This document shows, one piece after another, positions 19,701 to 27,988 of a stretch of DNA of 64,000 nt. The notes below the pieces were generated by a model. It made no database searches, had not been told where the DNA came from, and saw only the letters and a list, made by a program, of their open reading frames with translations. Position numbers and translations under genes: made by a program. Source of the stretch: an uncultured virus (IMG/VR IMGVR_UViG_3300030616_000579) (taxonomy: Duplodnaviria > Heunggongvirae > Uroviricota > Caudoviricetes). Position 1 is the stretch's first letter. Each line of letters starts with the position of its first letter. Where the stretch lies: the IMG/VR virus record IMGVR_UViG_3300030616_000579; one strand, written 5' to 3'.

Positions 19701-22700
19701 TTCTGTATAACCCCAGAATTTATAGTAATATGTCGTTGATAACGGCAGTCCTGTATCATTATAATAGTTCAACGGCCCACTATAGATAACTGTTCCATTT
19801 CCTCTTGTCCAATCAGAAGATGTGTTTCTTTCAACAACTGTTAGATGTGAACCGTTTCCCTTTGACCATGAAAAATTAATAAAATTAGAACCATTGTTAA
19901 CTACAGATATACCAGTTGGTGCTTTTGGTAATGTCATGAATCGCAGTTCTTCACCATACCCGTGTTCAGCACTGTTATTTGCAAATGCTCTATAGTGATA
20001 GACTGTTCCAGGATATAACTCGGTTAAAGAATCATTAAATATACCACTTAAAATAAATTCTGATGTTGAATTTGTTGAAAAGAATGTAGAGTTTTCTACA
20101 TATGCTTTTAAAGCACGATACATCTGTTCATCTGCAAACCGTTCTATTCTTTCATTAGCTTCTGTTACATTCGCACAAGTCATTATTGTTTCCATCAAAA
20201 CGTTATATTCATTAAAGGTCATATTTTCAATCGGTTTGGTGAAATTCCAGATGTCACGTACACAAGACCTACATACACTATTTCCACTAATAGCATAATT
20301 TGATTTTTCATCAGTGAAATACTGAATACCTAAGTTACCATTATATGGACTTTCAGTAAAGTTAGCAGGAATATCTTGTTCTCCTTCCATATATTTTATT
20401 CCTAAAGGCAATCCAACTTCCAATTGGGTTGTATTACCAAATCCAAGCCACGCCATTGATAATGCACCATCATAACTGTCGTTTCCACCAAGTGCAACCA
20501 TAAATGATTTAGCATTGTACTTACTGATACCTGTATTCAAAGAATATGTTCCACTATATCCAACAGGTTCATAATCGTTGTTTAATTTAGATAGGATACT
20601 AACGCAGTCCTCATAACAGATAAGGTCGTCTCCATATCTAGTTGTACTATTTGTCGTCCAATTAAGAACAACATCATAAATAACCTCTGCATCTGGGTCG
20701 TTCCACCGTTGGTCTTGTTCAGTGTACCAACAGTTTGCAATTGGCGCCCATGTATTGTTCATCCATGTGACATTTACATGGTTAGCATTATCTTTTGAAA
20801 CAAGAGCACCAACACCTGGTTGTGCTGAAACAATCAACATCAACCCATTCAACCACATATGGTCTTTAAGATAATCAACAGTTTCTTCTACTGTTGACCA
20901 GTTACCAAGAGGAATATGTAAATCGTTGTCTTCATTAAGGCTACCTTCATCAGAATTATATGAATAGTTACCCAGTAGATGTGAGTTCCCCTCGTCATCA
21001 GCATTAGCTAATATCAAACCTTTTTCATTCATCCCCATTCGACACATTCCACTGTCATTACCGACACCCCAATAAGAATAGTTTGTTCCATTATAGAAAT
21101 ACACTTTCTGATATTCATTTGTTGAATGTCTATTTTTCCAAATAATACTTCTACCATCTCTACATGCTGTTCCTGTTGCAATTAGACAACCACATTCTCC
21201 TTCTTCTTCAGCTTCATATTCTTGTAAAACAGTATACGTATCCCACTCTAACCATACTGTACAGTTTTCACCACCACCACTTGTAAGATTTCCCCAGATA
21301 ATTGCAGAACTATTTGTGATACTTGTAGCTTCAAGAGTTGAAACAGTTGGTTCAGAATATTGTGGCCCATATTTCAAGAAATCAAATGTTTGATTAGAAC
21401 TATGATATGATGCTTTCAACCAACTAGCGTTTCGTTCACAATTAGACATTCTAATTTCATCAACAGTGCCATTTAAGTAGCAACCACCACTTCCGCTATA
21501 TCCAGTAGTAAATGCACCTGTCTTTTCTAAAGGTAAGGTAGTAAGACTTCCTGTATACAATGATAACGCAGAAAGATTTTGTTGTATAGTAGAATTAAGA
21601 ATATCACCTTTTGATGCACCTGTCATTGTAAACGCATAGTATGTGTCTTTAGCTGTTGTAGTATTTGATACTGTACTCATATATGCATAACAAGTTGAAT
21701 TTAAAATTATAAGACTTCGACCAAACACATCAACATTTAGTAGTTTTAACCCGTGGTTCCAAGCATTATTCCACGTTCCTACAACAATATTATGTGTATC
21801 TTGGTGATTTATTTCGCCAATCATTAATTCATATGTGAAGTTGTCCGAGTGCAAACTTGAATCTGAACCAAAACTGATATAATCAGATGAATTGTCTGTT
21901 AAATCCACACCACTTCCTATTGTAACTGGAGTACCACGAACACAACTTCCATCAACATCCGTCAATGTTCCATCGTTACTAAACAAAGATGAATCAATAA
22001 AGGTTCCACTGGTTTCATTCAAATGGTGTACTAATGTATAATTGATATTCCACACACCATCTGCATTTTCTTGTGAATCACAGAATGTATCATTATATCG
22101 CATCCAAATAACTGTATCTTCATCTGCACTTACTTCTGTAACATTAACCCATACATAGTTCGTACCACTTTCATCCCAGTTACTTCCATTTTCAATCTCA
22201 AAGTTCAACACTGTCGTATTATCAGAATTATTAAATGATATACTATTGCCAGAATCACATTCAGCACCAAGAGTTGCATTAATAGGAATAAGAACTGGAA
22301 ATTCAGCTAGCGGTTCATCAATATAATCATGGTCAATTGCTATACGCAGAACCTTACTTGGATTATAAGAACTTTGAACATCACCAAAATACACAAACTC
22401 ATCTGTTCTGTTTACATTATAAAACGTTGCATTAATCCAAGACTCGTTTCGTGCAATGTTTGATATTCGTACTTCATCTACACCACCATCGGTATAATAA
22501 TCGGTAGTTCCTTTATATTTTCCAAGAGTAAGGTCATTTGAATTATTTAAAAGACTTCCCCAAATCATACGATAGTCAGGACAACCACCACTTCCAACAG
22601 TTCTTAGATATTCATCGTTGATATAAAGAATTGTAGAATAAGCACCTGGTAATGAACTATTATCAAATGTATATGAATGATAATACCACATATCATTAAC

Positions 22701-24686
22701 TGCGATATAATCATTTTCTGTAGCTGTATCTGTACAATTCCATCCGTTGCATCTCCAAGTGATTTTTTGCATTGTTCCGCTCTTATACATATCCCAACCG
22801 TTAGTATATCCTGGCGTTGCACCTTTACTCCATAATCCCATAGTTGTCGATGTATCTGAAAACTTCCACCATCCCTCAACTGTTATCTTTTCCCACGTTG
22901 TATTTAGAACATCATGGTGAGGAAACGTAATTGTTGTGTTAGATGTATATGATAAATCCTGTGAATTACCAATCTTACCAGACCCGTTTTCATCAGATGC
23001 ATTTACTTTAGCACCAAGGAATGCATTAAAAGTGCTTCCATTAACCTGTGTAGAATTATAATCATTCATGTGGCAAACTAACACAAAATTGTCATCCCAT
23101 ACGCCAGTTGTATTTTGTCCATCTTCCATCTCTGAATTATTAAATGTCATCCAGAGAACAGTGTCTTCGTTTGAACTTACCTCTGGAACACGCACCCACA
23201 CAAAACTGTCACTACTGGAATTCCAACAATCTATTTCATAGTTAAGTTCACTTGTATTATCAGAGTTATTGAACCGTATGCTATTTCCTCCATCACACGT
23301 TGAACCTATAGTACTATTAATTTTAACAAGAAGTGGAAAATCAACTAATGGTTCCATAATGAAACTGTGGTTGATATTTATCTGCAAAATACTTGAACCA
23401 TAATCCTGAGTGTCAAATGTATAATCTTCCATTGTCTGATTGAGTGTATAGTTTTCTAAAGCAAAACTTGAGTTCTCATCAGCAAACTGTTCCAATGCAT
23501 CTTCTACTTCAGAATCATTTGTAAACGAACCAAAATTATCCATAAATTCTTCGTATGCATCAAATGTCCAGTTCTCACAAGTAAATGTAAAATTTTGAAT
23601 CTCTCTAGTTTTTGAACAATTATATGTATTGTCTCCTGGGTCTGGTTCTGAACCAGATGCATAATTTACCTTATAATCAGTATAATCTTCCATTCCATTT
23701 CCATCTCTCCAGAATGAAGGAAAATCACCATCTGCATGAATATACGAACAACCCAATGGTAAAAAGATGCCAACCAAAGGTTGTCTCCCACACTCAACCC
23801 AAGCTATATTTCCTGAACCATTGAAACTATCATTTCCACTTACAGCAACCATACCATTTGTGCAAGATTTATGAGTTGCTTTACTAGCACAACTAAATGT
23901 ATCTGCACCCCACTCCAATCCACTTACATTTCTTGCTCCCCACTGGACAACATCTCTCCAAGAAATAAGATTTGGACAATCTTCATCTATTCCTGTTCCA
24001 TTGTTGAGAATATCCCAACACATCATCTCTATTCTAATATCTGTCCAATCACTATCATTATCATTCCATTCATAGAAATGATTTGCTAAAGCTGCAAATG
24101 AATTGTTTATCCAACTAACATGATAACTCCGTTGTCCTGTTTGCCACCCAAAATCAATAACAGCTCCAACACCAGGTTCTTTACTAACAATACCTACAGT
24201 CATACAATTTTCACCTAGGTGAGCAGTTAGATGAGCAACAGCATCTCCAACTGTTGAGTAGTTTGCAAGACATTCATACATAATAGTAGCATAATGAATT
24301 GAATTGTCGGTGAACCCTTGTGGATTGTTTAACGTATAATTACAATCACTGGTCTGGAAATTACCTATTGCAAGACCAACTTCATTAAAACCAAGTGGCC
24401 CCGTTAACCAGAAACTATAATTTGCACCAGGCCAATCATAATGATTTGGTTCTACATCTGTAGCTGTTGAATGTCGGTTCTTCCAAAAAATACTTCTGTT
24501 ATCTTTTACAACTGTACCAGTAGCCACCAACCCACAACATCCTTCACACTCATCCCCAAATGAAGGAAACTCAAACGGTGGATAGTCTTCTTCATCCTCA
24601 TTTCTAGTGAAATCTAATGCCCCTATTGTCGATGCTAATATAAATGAACAAATAACGCACAGACTAACTATGTTTTTCTTCTTCAT
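16788..24686 (-). CDS. Giant secreted glycoprotein (2632 aa): two Ntn-hydrolase (C45/C69-like) domains, two DUF2341+LamG units, FN3, LamG, Ig, C-terminal dockerin
   Basis: CxxLxATG..KNRH..GxNExGL occurs twice. FPLLV..IRF..LNYEI..VWV.V is the DUF2341 pattern. LamG motifs WLKFDEG and GxIDEVRIS. Dockerin at the C-terminus. Confidence 0.8.
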   Translation of the reverse strand: MKKKNIVSLCVICSFILASTIGALDFTRNEDEEDYPPFEFPSFGDECEGCCGLVATGTVVKDNRSIFWKNRHSTATDVEPNHYDWPGANYSFWLTGPLGFNEVGLAIGNFQTSDCNYTLNNPQGFTDNSIHYATIMYECLANYSTVGDAVAHLTAHLGENCMTVGIVSKEPGVGAVIDFGWQTGQRSYHVSWINNSFAALANHFYEWNDNDSDWTDIRIEMMCWDILNNGTGIDEDCPNLISWRDVVQWGARNVSGLEWGADTFSCASKATHKSCTNGMVAVSGNDSFNGSGNIAWVECGRQPLVGIFLPLGCSYIHADGDFPSFWRDGNGMEDYTDYKVNYASGSEPDPGDNTYNCSKTREIQNFTFTCENWTFDAYEEFMDNFGSFTNDSEVEDALEQFADENSSFALENYTLNQTMEDYTFDTQDYGSSILQININHSFIMEPLVDFPLLVKINSTIGSTCDGGNSIRFNNSDNTSELNYEIDCWNSSSDSFVWVRVPEVSSNEDTVLWMTFNNSEMEDGQNTTGVWDDNFVLVCHMNDYNSTQVNGSTFNAFLGAKVNASDENGSGKIGNSQDLSYTSNTTITFPHHDVLNTTWEKITVEGWWKFSDTSTTMGLWSKGATPGYTNGWDMYKSGTMQKITWRCNGWNCTDTATENDYIAVNDMWYYHSYTFDNSSLPGAYSTILYINDEYLRTVGSGGCPDYRMIWGSLLNNSNDLTLGKYKGTTDYYTDGGVDEVRISNIARNESWINATFYNVNRTDEFVYFGDVQSSYNPSKVLRIAIDHDYIDEPLAEFPVLIPINATLGAECDSGNSISFNNSDNTTVLNFEIENGSNWDESGTNYVWVNVTEVSADEDTVIWMRYNDTFCDSQENADGVWNINYTLVHHLNETSGTFIDSSLFSNDGTLTDVDGSCVRGTPVTIGSGVDLTDNSSDYISFGSDSSLHSDNFTYELMIGEINHQDTHNIVVGTWNNAWNHGLKLLNVDVFGRSLIILNSTCYAYMSTVSNTTTAKDTYYAFTMTGASKGDILNSTIQQNLSALSLYTGSLTTLPLEKTGAFTTGYSGSGGCYLNGTVDEIRMSNCERNASWLKASYHSSNQTFDFLKYGPQYSEPTVSTLEATSITNSSAIIWGNLTSGGGENCTVWLEWDTYTVLQEYEAEEEGECGCLIATGTACRDGRSIIWKNRHSTNEYQKVYFYNGTNYSYWGVGNDSGMCRMGMNEKGLILANADDEGNSHLLGNYSYNSDEGSLNEDNDLHIPLGNWSTVEETVDYLKDHMWLNGLMLIVSAQPGVGALVSKDNANHVNVTWMNNTWAPIANCWYTEQDQRWNDPDAEVIYDVVLNWTTNSTTRYGDDLICYEDCVSILSKLNNDYEPVGYSGTYSLNTGISKYNAKSFMVALGGNDSYDGALSMAWLGFGNTTQLEVGLPLGIKYMEGEQDIPANFTESPYNGNLGIQYFTDEKSNYAISGNSVCRSCVRDIWNFTKPIENMTFNEYNVLMETIMTCANVTEANERIERFADEQMYRALKAYVENSTFFSTNSTSEFILSGIFNDSLTELYPGTVYHYRAFANNSAEHGYGEELRFMTLPKAPTGISVVNNGSNFINFSWSKGNGSHLTVVERNTSSDWTRGNGTVIYSGPLNYYNDTGLPLSTTYYYKFWGYTEEEDLSQYSFDNADLLFETEGSTETITFTLETALDINIANITEVPIIVNITTNNTRIKNETILFARTASYDTTAKNASFMAPSNPVAPNLIRGHGRNLGYWFEQFNDSGTGELGEIGEWSCGALPNSSKFTVLNYGDNWTRVQVLPCSCALFPKFWYLDRKQMMYETKTDQYSPIYSQNILKTEFNLTGITPDEYAWNNNWLNATHHIFFYANATSGDKPLNVWYANESYTTGNPSTSPYCVFLGSVTPGQDYSYSLLNSKYYNLTFSTNNGSIGGIGITTSYYFIFTSNANYDDAWKLYYADGNETVGTGYFDFLNTTVAEISTNNGTVWHTFGNDTIDDEVLWLKFDEGAGDVCIDSSEIYSGHYHNGTRNGATWNASGHEGSCLDFDGTTDYVNITNDPDGHLNFTTEMTVSCLINPANLAPYDYWISKEDSFRFGTSNNKNRPRFGFYRGGWKQESTGNDYLFDGDTWYHVAVTFNSTEPETVVMYVNGTEVHRQSGFAGTGNMESGIGDIYIGTRYGITAGWSGSIDDVRLWNRTLSPDEIYDVYANVTRKGCPDVNFNVGNPENDRIIYKFYAELEDGSEGTWSQEWYDVLGDVNFPPASLSVVSPQVNGTYYALDNQTILFEWLGDPNYDDCWINTTIEYSNGTFINWYNNRSIPGWYQKQNTLYTNYLTPSNYSLKAGDYKLNVTITDNQSATTNNIFGFKVTELNITSPSPTDQSQDVAVPLDYFAITINHSYGESFNITWKQNNCTGTIFNTTFCTSNGTYYAYNTSWVENYTTDYRWAICVNETSSIHWLNKTYVFETQDGTSITGPYPTNQSIGQARPPVNLSAYINGTNLDITIKYINITGTTNSIDTLATWTGETSGYFSVNPLANATLTTQFLWGNTIYYWYINVTDGSTWFNESYYYTTTGSRYDIDNSTDVVATDVTVDWQHRFGEKMYDGIYDVDGSGDITATDASIIWQNRT

Positions 24687-26350
24687 ACTATCGTTCCCAA
24701 ATTAGTTGAATTTATAGTGTTCGCACCATTGATATCAATAGCGTTTCCACTATTATACAAACAATTGTTTGCACCGATTATATTCCAATCACTTGAACCA
24801 ATTTCCGTTATTCCATTGATACATAAATGCACGATGTTACCTATCAAAATGTTATGTTCTACATCATTCAAATCAATACCATTCTCACCACAGAGATTGA
24901 TGATATTATCAGATATCGAACAGTTATGTCCTGAGTTATTGATTCCAAAATATGTACAGTGTTTGATACTGTTCGCTGAAACAATGGTGTTATTACTGTT
25001 TATAATAGTTCCATTTAAGACATCAGTAATAGTGTTACCAATAACTGTTACACCTTTACCTGATTGTGTATCTTTATTATATCCTATTTGTATTCCAACA
25101 TCAGCATTTTGAATGTAGTTATTTGTGCATGTACCATTTCCTCTAAACCAGAAAATACCACCTGTTTCAGTTGACTCATTTAATCCTGTATTCAAAATCT
25201 TGTTTTCAGATACCAGACAGATTTCTTCTAATCCATACTGTCCAGCCAAATATATTCCATGCTCATTAACATTCTCGATATAGTTGCCAAAAACAATACT
25301 ACTATCGTTAACAAAAATTCCTGCAGAGACATTTGGTTTTCCCCCTGAGAAATGTCCTGAGACATTCCGTATAATATTATTTGATACTGTACTATTGAAA
25401 AACGCATAGATACCACACTTATCAACGTTTTCTATGATATTATTTGATACTATTGAAACATCACCTGCAAAAATACCTACTGAGTAATGTTTTTCCACAT
25501 CAAGATATGCAGTTGAATTTAAATGATGGATATGATTATTTACAATAGAGATGTTTGCATGTGCAAATCCGTATGAACCGCCAAGATGAATTCCATGTCC
25601 AATCTCTCCTGTGATTGTGTTTCCATCTGCAACCCCTGAGGCTCTATCATCCGTTGTTTCTTCATAAACAATACCACATGCATAGGTGTCACGAATAAAG
25701 TTGTTCTTTGCAATACTATTTGGGCCACTAAACCAAATAGCTCCACCGTATCTCTCTCGTTGTCTATTACTGAAATAACAATCCTCAACAGTAATATTAG
25801 CTGCACCATCATTGGACATAATATGAGAACCAACAGAGTTGTTGAAGTAACAATTCTTAATAGTTACATTTTGTGATATTGGTGTTCCCTCAATTCTAAT
25901 GTTCGATGTGTTCATGTACGTCCACGTGGTTCCATTATTACCCTCAAAGGCAATGTTTTCAATGAGTATATTGCATTTACTTCCAATCCAAATCATATTC
26001 GTACTAGTGTTATCGGCACGTCTTAGCGTCGTTGCCTGTCCGTTTCCAATCAAATTCACATTATTTTTAAAATTCAATGCACTAATGTTGAATGTTCCAC
26101 TCGGTAACCAAACGGTTCCTCCATCTGTCAAATCATTGATTGCTGTCTGAATGTTTGTACAGATTGTTGTATTACCCACTACATCCTCTGATGTGTTCCA
26201 AAGATTTCCTTTGCTGTTAACAATGACTGTATAAATAGTATCAGACGTTGAAGACATAGTTCGATTAACTGTAGACACAGTTGAATATACTGTAACCAAA
26301 ACTATTAGCAAACATAGAACCCAAACAAATATTTTCGTTTTACCCTTCAT
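24683..26350 (-). CDS. Right-handed parallel beta-helix (pectin lyase-like/NosD) protein, putative glycan depolymerase/adhesin
   Basis: IQTAINDL..GGTVWLPSG..LIGNG..TTL cap followed by many IxxNxI repeats; signal/anchor peptide. Confidence 0.8.
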   Translation of the reverse strand: MKGKTKIFVWVLCLLIVLVTVYSTVSTVNRTMSSTSDTIYTVIVNSKGNLWNTSEDVVGNTTICTNIQTAINDLTDGGTVWLPSGTFNISALNFKNNVNLIGNGQATTLRRADNTSTNMIWIGSKCNILIENIAFEGNNGTTWTYMNTSNIRIEGTPISQNVTIKNCYFNNSVGSHIMSNDGAANITVEDCYFSNRQRERYGGAIWFSGPNSIAKNNFIRDTYACGIVYEETTDDRASGVADGNTITGEIGHGIHLGGSYGFAHANISIVNNHIHHLNSTAYLDVEKHYSVGIFAGDVSIVSNNIIENVDKCGIYAFFNSTVSNNIIRNVSGHFSGGKPNVSAGIFVNDSSIVFGNYIENVNEHGIYLAGQYGLEEICLVSENKILNTGLNESTETGGIFWFRGNGTCTNNYIQNADVGIQIGYNKDTQSGKGVTVIGNTITDVLNGTIINSNNTIVSANSIKHCTYFGINNSGHNCSISDNIINLCGENGIDLNDVEHNILIGNIVHLCINGITEIGSSDWNIIGANNCLYNSGNAIDINGANTINSTNLGTIV

Positions 26351-27987
26351 TGGTCTATCACTCCTAGATTACATGATTGATTGCTGTTCGCACCTGCTAT
26401 ATCTATACCAAAGCCTCCATTGTACAGACAATTGTTGAACATATACAGATTATAATCACTAGCTGTATTCTCATTTATACCATCAAGTCCACAGTTCTGT
26501 ATGATGTTTCCAGTGTAGATGCCATTTACTCTGTTTTGAATATGGATGCCATGCAGTTCACAGTTTTTAATAATATTATCAGAAACAGTTGCATTATCAG
26601 ATTGAGAATAAATGCCATAAAACAAACAGTTGTCGATGTAGTTTCCTTTGAAAATGTTACTACCATAGAGATAGCTACCGTTTGATACATTAACAACTCT
26701 ATTACCTATTGTTGTCACTGTCATATTTGCATTGTTAATTCCTGTATAAATCCCAATTTCGGCATCTTCTATATAGTTCCCTGATATCGTTCCATTACCC
26801 ATAAGTCTGATACCACGGCTTCCAGACTTATTTTGGCCTACATGTTTGATTATATTATTTGAAATGATATTCTGATGGCAATCATCAAAGTAACTATATG
26901 CTTGAATTCCATCTTTTCCAATGTTTTCAACATAGTTTCCAATTATGATACTACTTCTAGAAGCTATAATACCACAAGAATTCCGTCCACATTCCCCAGT
27001 GACATTGCGTACTATATTGTACATAATCGTACAATTCTCAGTTCCACTAATACCTCGTTCATCAACATTTTCTATGATGTTGTTTGCACAATAACAGTTT
27101 TCATCAAGATAGATACCAAGAGACCAATGTAGTGCCGTATCCGCATATGCAGATGAATTTAAATCATGAATATGATTATTGATAATTGTAACATTTGCAC
27201 TACCTGTTCCTTCACAATGAACACCATGTGATGTTTCACCTGTTATTTCATTTCCATCAGCAATCCCACCAGCTTGACCATATGTGTTTTCCTCAAAAAC
27301 AATACCACATGCATATGTATCTTTGATAAAATTGTTTCGTGCAATACTGTTAGAACCAGAAAACCAGATTGCAGCTCCATACATTTCATGTTGTCTTCCA
27401 TTGAAGAAACAGTTCTCAATTAGAATATTGTATGCACCGTGGTCTGTCATAATATGAGACCCAACTGAATTATTAAAGTAACAATCTCGAATGGTTACAT
27501 TATATGATTTTGGATTTAACCCTTCTATGCGAATATTTGATGTATCATAATATGTCCACGTTGTTTCATTGTTTCCTTCTACATGTAAATTACTGATAAC
27601 AATATCGTGGTGTTTGTATATATGAATCATATTTGTACTTGTGTTGTCTGCTCTTCGCAGAATTGTAGCCCCACCAACACCTTGTAATTGAACGTTATCA
27701 CAGATTTCAAGATTTGATATATTCATTGTTCCAGCTGGCAACCATACTATCCCCCCACTGGAACTGTTTAAATCCCAGATAGCATTCTGAACGTTTTTAC
27801 AAATCGTTGCATTACCAACAGCTTCTTCTGTTAAATTCCAAAACTTTCCATTGCTATTACGAATAAACAAAAACTTACCATCGTTGTTCTCTGATATCAC
27901 CCAATGAACAGCTAACACCGAATGTAATGAAAGAAAAATAAATGAACTTGCAATGAGTATTATACATAGTACTCCTTTTATTTTCAT
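26347..27987 (-). CDS. Parallel beta-helix protein, paralog of 24683-26350
   Basis: Likely start MKIKGV. Shares RRADNTSTNMI, YFNNSVGSHIM, AIWFSG and DTYACGIV blocks with its neighbour. Confidence 0.8.
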   Translation of the reverse strand: MKIKGVLCIILIASSFIFLSLHSVLAVHWVISENNDGKFLFIRNSNGKFWNLTEEAVGNATICKNVQNAIWDLNSSSGGIVWLPAGTMNISNLEICDNVQLQGVGGATILRRADNTSTNMIHIYKHHDIVISNLHVEGNNETTWTYYDTSNIRIEGLNPKSYNVTIRDCYFNNSVGSHIMTDHGAYNILIENCFFNGRQHEMYGAAIWFSGSNSIARNNFIKDTYACGIVFEENTYGQAGGIADGNEITGETSHGVHCEGTGSANVTIINNHIHDLNSSAYADTALHWSLGIYLDENCYCANNIIENVDERGISGTENCTIMYNIVRNVTGECGRNSCGIIASRSSIIIGNYVENIGKDGIQAYSYFDDCHQNIISNNIIKHVGQNKSGSRGIRLMGNGTISGNYIEDAEIGIYTGINNANMTVTTIGNRVVNVSNGSYLYGSNIFKGNYIDNCLFYGIYSQSDNATVSDNIIKNCELHGIHIQNRVNGIYTGNIIQNCGLDGINENTASDYNLYMFNNCLYNGGFGIDIAGANSNQSCNLGVIDQ

Positions 27988-27988
27988 G

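Noticed and set aside
21194..24539. Inteins at the Cys-starting inserted domains
   Set aside because: There is no C-terminal HN-C/S/T or LAGLIDADG motif; the motifs fit Ntn hydrolases.
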